The translations under genes and the position numbers were made by a program. From NCBI GenBank assembly GCA_016713135.1, contig JADJPR010000023.1:668427-732426 (forward strand): DNA of 64,000 bases. The letters run 5' to 3'. This document shows positions 21,444 through 30,845 of the stretch, piece after piece (position 1 is the stretch's first letter; the number at the start of each line of letters is the position of its first letter). Source of the stretch: Rhodanobacteraceae bacterium. Its GTDB lineage: Bacteria > Pseudomonadota > Gammaproteobacteria > Xanthomonadales > SZUA-5. Below the pieces are notes generated by a model. It did not search any database, was not told the origin of the DNA, and saw nothing but the letters and a program-made list of their open reading frames with translations.

Positions 21444-23591
21444 CTAGAACTTGCCGTAATAGCCTTCCTTCAGCGCATCGAACAGATTGGCGGCGGTATG
21501 GATCTCGCCGTCGTACTCGATTTCCTCGTTGCCCTTGACTTCGACCACGCTGCCGTCTTCGAGTTCGAAGCGGTAGAGGGTGTTCTCCAGATCCTGCTCC
21601 TTGACCAGCACGCCCTGGAAGGCGGCCGGATTGAAGCGGAACGTGGTGCAGCCCTTCAGCCCCTGCTTGTGCGCGTAGAGGTAGATGTCCTTGAAGTCCG
21701 CGTAAGGGTAGTCGGTGGGCACATTGGCGGTCTTGCTGATCGAGGAATCCACCCACTTCTGTGCCGCAGCCTGGATGTCGACGTGTTCTTTCGGGCTGAT
21801 GTCGTCGGCGGCGACGAAATAATCCGGCAGCTTTTCGTCGGCCTTCTCGCTGTAGGGCATCGCCTTCGGGTTGACCAGGTGACGGTAGGCCAGCAGCTCA
21901 AAGCTGTAGACCTCGACCTTTTCCTTGGACTTCTTGCCCTCGCGGATCACGTTGCGCGAGTAATGGTGCGCGAACGAGGGCTCGATGCCGTTGCTGGCGT
22001 TGTTGCCGATCGACAGCGAGATGGTGCCGGTCGGCGCGATCGAGCTGTGGTGGGTGAAGCGCGCGCCGGCCTCGGTCAGATCCTGGCACAGCTCCGGCGC
22101 AACGGTGGCCAGGCGCTGCATGTAGCGCGAGTACTTGCCGTGCAGCACGCGGCCGGGGATGCGGTCGCCCATCTGGTAGCCGTCGGCCACCATTTCCGGG
22201 CGCTTGCGCAGCATGTCGCCGGTCACCTCGAAGTCCTCGAGCATGATCGGGGCCGGGCCCTTTTCCTGCGACAGCGCGAGCGCTTCCTCCCAGCCGGCGA
22301 CCGCCATGTCGCGCGCCACCTGCTCGGTGAACTCGCAGGATTCGGGCGTGCCGTAACGCATCTTCAGCATCGTCAGGGTGGAGCCGAGGCCGAGGAAACC
22401 CATGCCGTGGCGGCGCTTGCGCATGATCTCGTTGCGCTGGCCTTCCAACGGCAGGCCGTTGACCTCGACCACGTTGTCCAGCATGCGCGTGAACACGCGC
22501 ACCACTTCCTTGTATTCCTCCCAGTCGAAGCGCGCGCGGCTGGTGAAGGGCTCGCGCACGAACTTGGTCAGGTTGACCGAGCCGAGCAGGCAGGAACCAT
22601 AAGGCGGCAACGGCTGCTCGCCGCAGGGATTGGTCGCGCGGATCTGCTCGCACCACCAGTTGTTGTTCATCTCGTTGACGCGGTCGATCAGGATGAACCC
22701 CGGCTCGGCGAAGTCGTAGGTCGAGGTCATGATCATTTCCCACAGACCTTTCGCCCGGATCTTGCCGTAGATCTTGCAGGCGACCAGGCCATCGTCACGG
22801 CTGACGTAGTTGTGCTTCGTCGGCCACTCGCGCCAGACCACCTGCCTGGGATCGGTGACGTCGATCTCGTGCTGTTCCTTGACGTGCACCGGGAACACCA
22901 GCGGCCAGTCGCCATCGGTCTCCACCGCGTGGATGAACTCGTCGGTGATCAGCAGCGACAGGTTGAACTGGCGCAGGCGACCGTCCTCGCGCTTGGCCTT
23001 GATGAACTCCTTGACGTCCGGATGCGAGACATCGAAGGTGCCCATCTGCGCGCCGCGGCGGCCGCCGGCGCTGGACACGGTGAAACACATCTTGTCGTAG
23101 ATATCCATGAAGGACAGCGGTCCGGAGGTATAGGCGCCGGCACCCGACACGTAGGCGCCGCGCGGGCGCAGCGTCGAGAATTCGTAGCCGATGCCGCAGC
23201 CGGCCTTGAGCGTCAGCCCGGCCTCGTGCACCTTGGCCAGGATGTCGTCCATCGAGTCGCCGATGGTACCGGACACGGTGCAGTTGATCGTGCTGGTGGC
23301 CGGCTTGTGCTCGAGCGCGCCGGCATTGGAGGTGATGCGGCCGGCGGGAATGGCGCCACGACGCAGCGCCCAGAGGAAGCGCTCGTACCAGTAGGCACGC
23401 TTTTCCGGCGTGGCTTCGGCATCCGCGAGCGCCCGCGCGACACGCTTGAAGCTGTCGTCCATGGTGCGGTCGATCGGATCGCCCAACTTGCTCTTCAGGC
23501 GGTACTTCTTGTCCCAGATGTCCTGGGATGCAGGCTGCAACGGGATGTCCACAATGTCATTGCGTACCGCTTCGAGACGAACGGTGCTCAT
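21444..23591 (-). CDS. nrdJa: adenosylcobalamin-dependent (class II) ribonucleotide reductase large fragment (715 aa)
   Basis: MSTVRLEAVRNDIVD... with the catalytic region ATNPCGEQPLPPYGSCLLGS, and full-length class II RNR similarity. Confidence 0.95.
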   Translation of the reverse strand: MSTVRLEAVRNDIVDIPLQPASQDIWDKKYRLKSKLGDPIDRTMDDSFKRVARALADAEATPEKRAYWYERFLWALRRGAIPAGRITSNAGALEHKPATSTINCTVSGTIGDSMDDILAKVHEAGLTLKAGCGIGYEFSTLRPRGAYVSGAGAYTSGPLSFMDIYDKMCFTVSSAGGRRGAQMGTFDVSHPDVKEFIKAKREDGRLRQFNLSLLITDEFIHAVETDGDWPLVFPVHVKEQHEIDVTDPRQVVWREWPTKHNYVSRDDGLVACKIYGKIRAKGLWEMIMTSTYDFAEPGFILIDRVNEMNNNWWCEQIRATNPCGEQPLPPYGSCLLGSVNLTKFVREPFTSRARFDWEEYKEVVRVFTRMLDNVVEVNGLPLEGQRNEIMRKRRHGMGFLGLGSTLTMLKMRYGTPESCEFTEQVARDMAVAGWEEALALSQEKGPAPIMLEDFEVTGDMLRKRPEMVADGYQMGDRIPGRVLHGKYSRYMQRLATVAPELCQDLTEAGARFTHHSSIAPTGTISLSIGNNASNGIEPSFAHHYSRNVIREGKKSKEKVEVYSFELLAYRHLVNPKAMPYSEKADEKLPDYFVAADDISPKEHVDIQAAAQKWVDSSISKTANVPTDYPYADFKDIYLYAHKQGLKGCTTFRFNPAAFQGVLVKEQDLENTLYRFELEDGSVVEVKGNEEIEYDGEIHTAANLFDALKEGYYGKF

Positions 23592-23786
23592 CAAAACTGC
23601 CTCCCCAGGCATCAGGCGCGTTTTTCTTGTGTGTTGCGGTGTTGCAACTAGTTCTTGATGCCAGTTGGCAGCTCAACCACAACATCTAGTGGTGCGACGG
23701 GCGCGAAGTTTGGAATCGCCGGGGCGGGACGTCAAGCGACTTCGTGCCGGAAGTGTGACCCATTGCTGCGCGAGCCGATGAGCGGA

Positions 23787-23954
23787 TGGTTGTGGGTTGT
23801 GGGTTGTGGGTTGTGGGTTGTGGGTTGTGGGTTCTGGGTTCTGGGTTGTGGGTTCTGGGTTGTGGGTTCTGGGTTGTGGGCAGAAAAGCCGGCCGCCGAC
23901 TGCATTCGCTTCGGCCTTTGCCGCCCACAACCCAGAACTCACAACCCCAGAACC
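23787..23954. repeat. oligomer-armed hairpin element (GGGTTGT/GGGTTCT heptamers vs ACAACCC/AGAACCC)
   Basis: The left arm has ~13 heptamers (23787-23881). The loop is AGAAAAGCCGGCCGCCGACTGCATTCGCTTCGGCCTTTGCC. The right arm (23923-23954) has only ~4 heptamers. The element ends 5 nt from the stop of the GGDEF-EAL gene. Confidence 0.85.
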
Positions 23955-23959
23955 GTGAC

Positions 23960-26917
23960 TCAAACGATCTCCCCCACCGGCAGCGGCCGGCTGAACAAGA
24001 AGCCCTGACCGAGCTTGCAGCCGAGCTCGCGCAGGGCCTGGCACTGAATGTGGGTCTCGATGCCCTCGCCGATGACCTCGATGCCGAGCGAGTCGGACAG
24101 GGCATGGATCGCGCGCACGACGGCGGCGCTGCCGCCTTCCTGGCCGGGTTTCAGGTCGGAGACGAAGGAGCGGTCGATCTTCAGCGAGTGGATCGGAAAG
24201 CGGTGCAGGTAGGACAGCGAGGAGTACCCGGTGCCGAAATCGTCCAGTTGCACCCGTACGCCATCTTCGCGCAGGCGCTCCAGCAGGCGCCGCACGTGGT
24301 CCGGGTTCTCCAGCAGCGCGCCCTCGGTGACTTCCAGGCGCACGCGCTGCGGCGCCAGGCCGTGGGCATCGATCAGGCGCATCACCGAGCGGTCGAAGTC
24401 GCCCGCGCGCAACTGGCGCGCGGAAACATTGATGCTGACGTAGGCGTCCGGTTGCGGCAGGCGCTGGGCGTCGCGACAGGCGAGCGCGAACATCTGCCAG
24501 TCGATCTGCTCGATCGAGCCGTTGTCTTCGGCGACGTTGAGGAAATCCCCCGGCAGCAGCAGGCCGCGCTCGCCATGGCGCCAGCGCAGCAGCGCCTCGT
24601 AGCCGACCACCGCTGCGTCTTCCAGGCGCACGATCGCCTGGAAGTGCGGCTCGAACTCGCCGCGCGCCAGAGCGCGTCGCAGGTCGCCCTCGAGATCCAG
24701 CACGCGCAAGGCTTCGGCGCGCAGCTGCTCGTCGAACAGCTCGAAGCGCTGGCGCCCCTGAGCCTTGGCGCGGTACATCGCCACGTCGGCATCGCGCAGC
24801 AGTTCCTCGGCGCGGGTGTAGCGCGGATGCGAGAAGGCAATGCCGATGCTGGCCGAGGTGAACAGCTCCTTGCCGCCGATGCGCATCGGCTCGGCGAGGG
24901 CCGAAATGACGCGGTCGGCGATGAAGGTGGCGCGGTCCGGGTGGTGCAGGTCGTCGAGCAGGATGGCGAATTCGTCGCCGCCCAGACGCGCGACGGTATC
25001 CGGCTCGCGTACCGCCGCGGCGATCCGGGTGGCCGCTTGTTTCAGCAACTCATCGCCCACCAGGTGGCCGACACTGTCGTTGACCACCTTGAAGCGGTCG
25101 AGATCGAGGAACAGCACGGCGAAGCCGCGCGATTCGCCGCGGCGGAAACGGGTCAGCGCGCGCGCCAGGCGGTCGAGCAGGAAAGCGCGGTTGGGCAGCC
25201 CGGTCAGGGTGTCGTGCAGGGCCTGGTGCTTGAGGGTGTCCTCGACCCGCTCGCGCTCGACGATCTCATTGGTCAGTTCGCGGTTGGCGACGGCCAGTTC
25301 GTGCGTGCGGTCGGCCACGCGCCGTTCCAGATCGGCATAGGCCGCGCGCAGTCCATCCTGCGCGCGCTTGCGCTCCAGCCCGTTGGCGATGTGGTAGCCG
25401 ACAAAAGTCAGCAGTTCCTGGTCGCGCTCGGTGAACGGGATGTCGGCCGAATAACTCTGCACCGCAACCACGCCGACGGTGCGTTCGTCGCAGATCAGCG
25501 GGACGCCGAGCCAGTAGACCGAGCGCGAACCGAAGCTCGCCACCTCTCCTGCGTGCGCCAGCGACTCGATGGCGTCGCGGTCGGCCAACAGCGCCTGCCC
25601 GGTGCGCAACACATATTCGGTCAGGCCCTTGGCCAGCTTGCGCCGCTGGCGCACCGGGTCGCGCTCGTCCACCGAATACGGAAACTCCAGCTCGCTGCCG
25701 TCATCGCTGACCAGCGCGATGTAGAAATTGCGCGCGTACAGCAGCTGGTCGACGATCCCGTGCACCGCCGCGTAGAACTCCTCCAGCGACTCGGCGGTGC
25801 TGGACTTCTCCGCGATCCGGTAGAGCGCCGCCTGCAGGCGTTCGCTGCGCTGGCGCTCCAGGACCTCCTGGCGCAGTTCGCGATTGGCCGCGGCCAGTTC
25901 GCGCGTGCGCTCGTCCACCCTACGCTCCATTTCCTCCTGCGCCTGCTTGCGATCCAGCGCGGTGAGGATGTGCTGCGCGACATAGGTCAGCAGGGTGCGG
26001 TCCTCGGCGCTGAATCGATGCTCCTCGCGGTAGCTCTGGACCACGATCGCGCCGCGAACCTCGCCCGCTCCGACCAGCGGCACGCCCAGCCAATCGACGC
26101 TGTCCGGGCCCAGGCTGTCGTCGCGCGCCACGCCCAGGCGCTCACGCAGCGTATCGGAAGGACCCATCTGCGCCTGGCCGCTCGCGAGCATCGCGAGCGT
26201 CAGGCTGTTCGGGATGCTGCTGACCGGGATCGCGGCGCCCGGGACCGGGCGGTCGGTGTCCTCGGTATCGGCGAAGTAGAGGAAGCGCAGGGAGTCGGGA
26301 TCGTGCTCGCGCAGCACGATGAAGAAGTTCTCGGCGTACATCAGCTCGCCGACGACGCCGTGCACGCTCTGCATCATCTCCGGCATGTCCAGTTCGGAGC
26401 TGGCCATCTCGGCAATCGCATACAGCGCGCGCTGCAGGCGCTCGGCGCGCTCCAGTCGCAGCACGGCCTGGGTCAGCGTGTCGAGTTCGACCAACCGCCC
26501 CGCCACGGCGGCGATATCGTCGACGAAGCGCTGCCACTCGCTGTCTACCGGCTGCGCGTGCGCAGCTGGCCAGGCCAGCGCGGCACGGCCCATGACGCCG
26601 GAGACCAGTTCGCGACAGGCGAAGGGTCCGTCGCCGCGCGGTCCGGCGTTTCCCGCCCATTGCTCCAGCCAGGCGCGTTCTTCATTGCTGGCCGCGGCGG
26701 CAGGGGCCACCAGTTGCCTCGCCGGCTCGCCCGACAGTGCGCTGCGCGACCACCAGACCAGCATCAGTCGCGGTATGCCGAAGCGGCGGTGGGCCTCGCG
26801 CGCGGCGACATGCGCGAGGGTTTCCAGGTCAGAGGTCCGCAGCAATTCGCGCACGAATCCGCCATGTCCGCCGTTGCCGCCGGTGGTGGCCATCGCTTCG
26901 ACTGCTTGCGGATTCAT
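23960..26917 (-). CDS. GAF-domain diguanylate cyclase/phosphodiesterase (GGDEF-EAL, 985 aa)
   Basis: Repeated GAF-like segments with coiled linkers, then RLGGDEFAILL (GGDEF) and GYEALLRW...QLDDFGTGYSSL (EAL). The start at the complement of 26915-26917 has AGGGAGG upstream. Confidence 0.9.
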   Translation of the reverse strand: MNPQAVEAMATTGGNGGHGGFVRELLRTSDLETLAHVAAREAHRRFGIPRLMLVWWSRSALSGEPARQLVAPAAAASNEERAWLEQWAGNAGPRGDGPFACRELVSGVMGRAALAWPAAHAQPVDSEWQRFVDDIAAVAGRLVELDTLTQAVLRLERAERLQRALYAIAEMASSELDMPEMMQSVHGVVGELMYAENFFIVLREHDPDSLRFLYFADTEDTDRPVPGAAIPVSSIPNSLTLAMLASGQAQMGPSDTLRERLGVARDDSLGPDSVDWLGVPLVGAGEVRGAIVVQSYREEHRFSAEDRTLLTYVAQHILTALDRKQAQEEMERRVDERTRELAAANRELRQEVLERQRSERLQAALYRIAEKSSTAESLEEFYAAVHGIVDQLLYARNFYIALVSDDGSELEFPYSVDERDPVRQRRKLAKGLTEYVLRTGQALLADRDAIESLAHAGEVASFGSRSVYWLGVPLICDERTVGVVAVQSYSADIPFTERDQELLTFVGYHIANGLERKRAQDGLRAAYADLERRVADRTHELAVANRELTNEIVERERVEDTLKHQALHDTLTGLPNRAFLLDRLARALTRFRRGESRGFAVLFLDLDRFKVVNDSVGHLVGDELLKQAATRIAAAVREPDTVARLGGDEFAILLDDLHHPDRATFIADRVISALAEPMRIGGKELFTSASIGIAFSHPRYTRAEELLRDADVAMYRAKAQGRQRFELFDEQLRAEALRVLDLEGDLRRALARGEFEPHFQAIVRLEDAAVVGYEALLRWRHGERGLLLPGDFLNVAEDNGSIEQIDWQMFALACRDAQRLPQPDAYVSINVSARQLRAGDFDRSVMRLIDAHGLAPQRVRLEVTEGALLENPDHVRRLLERLREDGVRVQLDDFGTGYSSLSYLHRFPIHSLKIDRSFVSDLKPGQEGGSAAVVRAIHALSDSLGIEVIGEGIETHIQCQALRELGCKLGQGFLFSRPLPVGEIV

Positions 26918-27108
26918 CGGCCTCCCTGCTCCGGCCCCGAGGATGCCCCAGCGGAGTCTCCGCCCGCTGCAAGTGTATGCCGATGCGCACCGTTTTTGCC
27001 GACCTCGCGCCGGCGACATGTCGATATGACGACGGCGACTGGTGTCGCCCCCGTCCGCTGGGGCACCATGCGGGTCCAATCTTCGATCGCACCGGTCCGG
27101 AGCGCGCC

Positions 27109-28074
27109 ATGATCCACGCCAGCATCCTCGACACCATCGGCAACACGCCGATCGTCCGCATCAATCGCCTCGCGCCGCCGGGCGTCGAGATGTACGTCAA
27201 GGTCGAGGCCTTCAACCCGGGATCCTCGGTCAAGGACCGCCTGGCACTGGCGATCATCCAGGACGCCGAGGCGCGCGGAGAACTGAAACCGGGACAGACC
27301 GTGGTCGAAGCCACCAGCGGCAACACCGGCATCGCGCTGGCGATGGTCTGCGCCGCGCGCGGCTATCCCTTCGTCTCGGTGATGGTCGAGACCTTCTCGA
27401 TCGAGCGGCGCAAGATCATGCGCGGCTACGGTGCCAAGGTGATCCTGACGCCGGCGGCCGAGCGCGGCTCGGGCATGGTGCGCCGCGCCGAGGAACTGGC
27501 GAAGAAGCACGGCTGGTTCCTCGCCCGCCAGTTCGAGAACGAGGCAAACCCGGCCTACCACCGCAGCACCACCGGCCCCGAGATCCTGCGCGACTTCGCC
27601 AACCGCCGGCTCGACTACTTCGTCAGCGGCTGGGGCACCGGCGGCACACTGACCGGCGTCGGCCAGATGCTCAAGCTCGCCCGCCCGGGCGTCCGGATCG
27701 TCACCACCGAACCCGCCGCGGCGCCGCTGCTGGCCGGCAAGCCCTGGTCGCCGCACAAGATCCAGGGCTGGACCCCGGATTTCGTGCCTGCAGTGCTGGA
27801 CCGCACGGTGTTCGACGACAACATCGCCATCGACGATGTCACCGCGCGCGACACCGCGCGCCTGCTGGCGCACCAGGAGGGCGTCTTCGTCGGCATCTCC
27901 GCCGGCGCCACCTTCGCCGCCGCGCTCGAAGTGGCGCGCCAGGCCGCACCCGGCAGCGTCATCCTTGCCATGCTCCCCGACACCGGCGAGCGCTACCTGT
28001 CCACCTTCCTGTTCGAAGGCGTCTCCGAAGGCTCGGACGACGAGTGGCTCTCTGCTCTGGACGCAGCCAGTTGA
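27109..28074 (+). CDS. cysK: cysteine synthase A (O-acetylserine sulfhydrylase, 321 aa)
   Basis: MIHASILDTIGNTPIVRINRL...NPGSSVKDRLA (PLP lysine), TSGNTGIALA, GWGTGGT. The ATG at 27109 lies inside ORF 26737-28074. Confidence 0.9.
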   Translation: MIHASILDTIGNTPIVRINRLAPPGVEMYVKVEAFNPGSSVKDRLALAIIQDAEARGELKPGQTVVEATSGNTGIALAMVCAARGYPFVSVMVETFSIERRKIMRGYGAKVILTPAAERGSGMVRRAEELAKKHGWFLARQFENEANPAYHRSTTGPEILRDFANRRLDYFVSGWGTGGTLTGVGQMLKLARPGVRIVTTEPAAAPLLAGKPWSPHKIQGWTPDFVPAVLDRTVFDDNIAIDDVTARDTARLLAHQEGVFVGISAGATFAAALEVARQAAPGSVILAMLPDTGERYLSTFLFEGVSEGSDDEWLSALDAAS

Positions 28075-28085
28075 ACGCGACGGGG

Positions 28086-28317
28086 CCGGTTAAACGCGGA
28101 GACGCAGAGAGCACGGAGGAAAGCCGCAGAGAAGGAGCGAGAGTGTTTCCGGGGAGACTCGAGCCTGCAGCACCTGCCGCGAACCCCGCCCACGTCTCTT
28201 GCTCGTCTCTGCGTCCTCCGCGTCTCTGCGTTGAATGGCCCCCGGCACTCCCGAGCCAAAACCTGACGCTCCTCCGCGGCTTTTCTCCGCGTCCTCCGCG
28301 TCTCCGCGTTTGACCGG
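28086..28317. mobile_element. MITE-like element with CCGGT(T/C)AAACGCGGAGACGC termini, copy 1
   Basis: Left end CCGGTTAAACGCGGAGACGCAGAGAG, right end ...CTCCGCGTCTCCGCGTTTGACCGG. The interior is rich in GCGGAG/GCAGAGA oligomers and their complements. It has the same termini as 51812-52134. Confidence 0.8.
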
Positions 28318-28329
28318 CCCGGCCGCGCC

Positions 28330-29712
28330 TCACCCGCCGAGCGGCGGGAGGCGGACTTCGAAGGACGCGCCACCCAGCGAAGATGAACGGCTGACCTTCA
28401 TCTCGCCGCCATAAGACGCGACGATGTCGCCGATGATCGACAGGCCGATGCCGTGGCCCTGGACGCGCTCGTCGCCGCGCACACCGCGCTTGAGCACTTC
28501 GCTGATCTTGTCATCCGGGATTCCTGGGCCGTCGTCCTCGACGCGCAAGAGCAGGCCGGGGCGACGGGCTTTGGGCAAGCCGAGCGGTTCGGCGGTCAGC
28601 AGCACGCGGCCCTTGCACCACTTGAAGGCGTTGTCGAGCAGATTGCCCATCAGCTCCATCAGATCGCCCTTGTCGCCATGGAACATGCTGCGCGGGTCGA
28701 CTTCGAACTCGGCCAGTGCGCCCTTGCGGGCATAGACCTTCTCCAGCGTCAGCGCAATCTCCTCGGCGTGCGGCTGGATCGCCAGCGGGGCGGCATAGGT
28801 CTGGTGCCCGCTCTTGGCCGCGCGCGCCAGCTGGTAGGCGACGATCTCGTCCATCCGCACGACCTGCTCCAGGCCGCCGGCGCGCATCTTTGCGGGGTCA
28901 GACTCGTTCTCGAACAGGCCGCGCATCACCGCCAGCGGCGTCTTCAGGCTGTGCGCCAGATCGCCCAGGGTATTGCGGTAGCGCCGCAGGTGCTCGCGCT
29001 CGCTCTTGATGAAGTCGTTGAGTCCACGGGTCAGCGCCGACAGTTCCAGCGGATAGTGCCCCGGGAGCTGTTCGGACTCGCCGCGCTCGACCAACGCCAG
29101 GTCGCGCGCGACCGCGCGCAGCGGGCGCAGGCTCCATACCAGCAGCAGCGCCTGGAACAGCAACAGCAGCAGGCCCAGACCACCGAGCACCACCCACATG
29201 GTTTCGCGGAAGGCGCGGATCTGGCGCCGCACCGAGGACTGGCGCTCGCCGACATTGATGGTCACGCGCACATCCTTGCCGGAGGGCGAACGCGCCTCGA
29301 ACAGCACCCCCATGCTCAGCATGTAGAAGCCGCCGCGGGTGCTGGTGGGCACCTTGAAGCTCATCTCGCCGGGCTTGAGCGCGTCTTCGAAGGGCAACTC
29401 GCGATCCAGCGCGGACGGCGATTCCCAGCGGAAGTTCTCGGCGTAAATCGAGGCCACCAGGTCCGAGCCCGGACGGTCCAGCCGTGGTTCGGGCAGGAAC
29501 TCCGGAACCAGCACCTCACCCCGCACCGAGGTGTCGGTCCGTGCGAGGAAGGAATAGGCCACCGACTGCAGGCGCTCGCGCAGCACCGAGTAGGCCCACT
29601 GCTCGAAGGCTCGCTCCAGCGCATAACCGGTCAGCCCGATGAAGGCCGCCAGCACCAGGCTCGCCGCCAGCAGCGAGCGCGCAGCCAGCGAGAACTGGCG
29701 GCGGGTGGTCAT
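28330..29712 (-). CDS. phoQ: sensor histidine kinase PhoQ (460 aa)
   Basis: Two TM segments, a HAMP-like region, the H-box LAHSLKTPLAVMRG (very close to the E. coli PhoQ H-box from memory) and an ATPase domain. Confidence 0.8.
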   Translation of the reverse strand: MTTRRQFSLAARSLLAASLVLAAFIGLTGYALERAFEQWAYSVLRERLQSVAYSFLARTDTSVRGEVLVPEFLPEPRLDRPGSDLVASIYAENFRWESPSALDRELPFEDALKPGEMSFKVPTSTRGGFYMLSMGVLFEARSPSGKDVRVTINVGERQSSVRRQIRAFRETMWVVLGGLGLLLLLFQALLLVWSLRPLRAVARDLALVERGESEQLPGHYPLELSALTRGLNDFIKSEREHLRRYRNTLGDLAHSLKTPLAVMRGLFENESDPAKMRAGGLEQVVRMDEIVAYQLARAAKSGHQTYAAPLAIQPHAEEIALTLEKVYARKGALAEFEVDPRSMFHGDKGDLMELMGNLLDNAFKWCKGRVLLTAEPLGLPKARRPGLLLRVEDDGPGIPDDKISEVLKRGVRGDERVQGHGIGLSIIGDIVASYGGEMKVSRSSSLGGASFEVRLPPLGG

Positions 29713-29760
29713 GGGGCGGCCAGCCCCGGAGCCAGGCCGCGGTCATGCGGCGCGGATATT

Positions 29761-29858
29761 GAGGGCACGAGGGCATGAGGGCACGAGGGCACGTGAAAGC
29801 CGGCGCTCGCACTGGGCGGCTCTTGCGTGCCCTCGTGCCCTCGTGCCCTCGTGCCCTC
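29761..29858. repeat. oligomer-armed hairpin element (GAGGGCAC x4 / GTGCCCTC x4) between phoP and phoQ
   Basis: 32-nt arms at 29761-29792 and 29827-29858 are complementary with one mismatch, around a 34-nt loop. The loop is the reverse complement of the loops of the GAGGGCAC hairpins at 33249-33920. Confidence 0.9.
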
Positions 29859-29920
29859 CAACGAAAAAGACGCGGCCGGCATCACACCATCCGTCGCTAG
29901 CCGCGTCCCCACGCCCGCCC

Positions 29921-30601
29921 TCAGGACGTCCGCGGGATCGAGAAGCGGTAGCCGCGGCCGCGCACGGTCTCGATCGGCTTCAGCTCGCCGTCCGGATCCA
30001 GCTTCTTGCGCAAGCGGCCGATGAAGACCTCGATGACATTGCTGTCGCGGTCGAAGTCCTGCTCGTAGATGTGCTCGGTCAGGTCGCTCTTCGAGACCAG
30101 CTCGCCGGCGTGCAGGATCAGGTACTCGAGCACCTTGTACTCGTAGCTGGTCAGGTCCACCGAGGTGTCGTTGACCGTCACCGATTGCGCCGTGGTGTCG
30201 AGCTTGACCGGACCGCATTCGAGCAGCGGCTTGCTCCAGCCGGCGCTGCGTCGCACCAGCGCGTTCATGCGCGCCAGCAACTCCTCGATGTGGAAGGGCT
30301 TGACCAGGTAGTCGTCGGCGCCGCACTTCAGGCCCTCGACCTTGTCCTCCCAGCTGCCGCGGGCAGTCAGGATCAGGATCGGGTAGCGGCGGCCGGACTC
30401 GCGCAGGCGCTTGACCACTTCCAGGCCGGGCAGCTTGGGCAGGCCGAGATCGACGATGGCGACGTCGAAAGGCACCTCCTTGCCCATGTACACGGCCTCG
30501 TCGCCGTCGGCCGCGGTGTCCACCGCGAATCCTTCGCGCTGCAGGCGCGCAGCCAGGGTTTCGCGCAACGGGGCTTCGTCTTCTACCAACAGCACGCGCA
30601 T
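29921..30601 (-). CDS. phoP: OmpR-family response regulator PhoP (226 aa)
   Basis: MRVLLVEDEAPLRETLAARLQ... receiver domain plus a winged helix (...ETVRGRGYRF). The ATG at the complement of 30599-30601 lies inside ORF 29921-30652. Confidence 0.85.
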   Translation of the reverse strand: MRVLLVEDEAPLRETLAARLQREGFAVDTAADGDEAVYMGKEVPFDVAIVDLGLPKLPGLEVVKRLRESGRRYPILILTARGSWEDKVEGLKCGADDYLVKPFHIEELLARMNALVRRSAGWSKPLLECGPVKLDTTAQSVTVNDTSVDLTSYEYKVLEYLILHAGELVSKSDLTEHIYEQDFDRDSNVIEVFIGRLRKKLDPDGELKPIETVRGRGYRFSIPRTS

Positions 30602-30623
30602 GATTGACTCCTCGTCGGGTGTC

Positions 30624-30845
30624 TCAGGCCGGGATCTGGAAAATGCGGACACGCCCGTCTGGCATCAGAACCTTGATGCGGTAGACGACCGTCCCGCGGG
30701 TACGGATGGTGTCGGCTGCCAGCACCTTGCCGCGGGTCTCGCGCTCCACCTGCTCGATCGCTTCCTTCAGCGTCGCGGCGGCGAGCGGCGAGGCCGACAG
30801 CCACAGGCAGGCAGCGATGAGGATGGGGCGGAAGATCGACTTCAT
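30624..30845 (-). CDS. PepSY-domain small periplasmic protein (73 aa)
   Basis: Signal peptide [24 protein letters not shown], then LKEAIEQVERETRGKVLAADTI...YRIKVLMPDGRVRIFQI (PepSY-like). It ends 22 nt upstream of phoP. Confidence 0.7.
   Translation of the reverse strand: MKSIFRPILIAACLWLSASPLAAATLKEAIEQVERETRGKVLAADTIRTRGTVVYRIKVLMPDGRVRIFQIPA

Noticed and set aside
20385-21447. Plus-strand ORFs (242, 316 and 283 aa) opposite the histone-like gene, with Pro/Leu/Arg/Gly repeats.
   Set aside because: These are antisense translations of the Ala/Lys/Pro repeat DNA. The minus-strand protein has a strong RBS and a coherent histone H1-like composition.
23677-23692. NrdR box CCACAACATCTAGTGG upstream of nrdJa, considered as a reportable regulatory feature.
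   Set aside because: It matches the consensus only about 12/16 as I remember it. The expected second box ~31 nt away (about 23645-23660) matches poorly, at about 8/16. I kept it as a remark in a finding only.
23592-23786. Cobalamin riboswitch in the nrdJa leader.
   Set aside because: I could not recognise a B12-box or the conserved riboswitch core by eye. A B12-dependent enzyme is also not expected to be repressed by B12.
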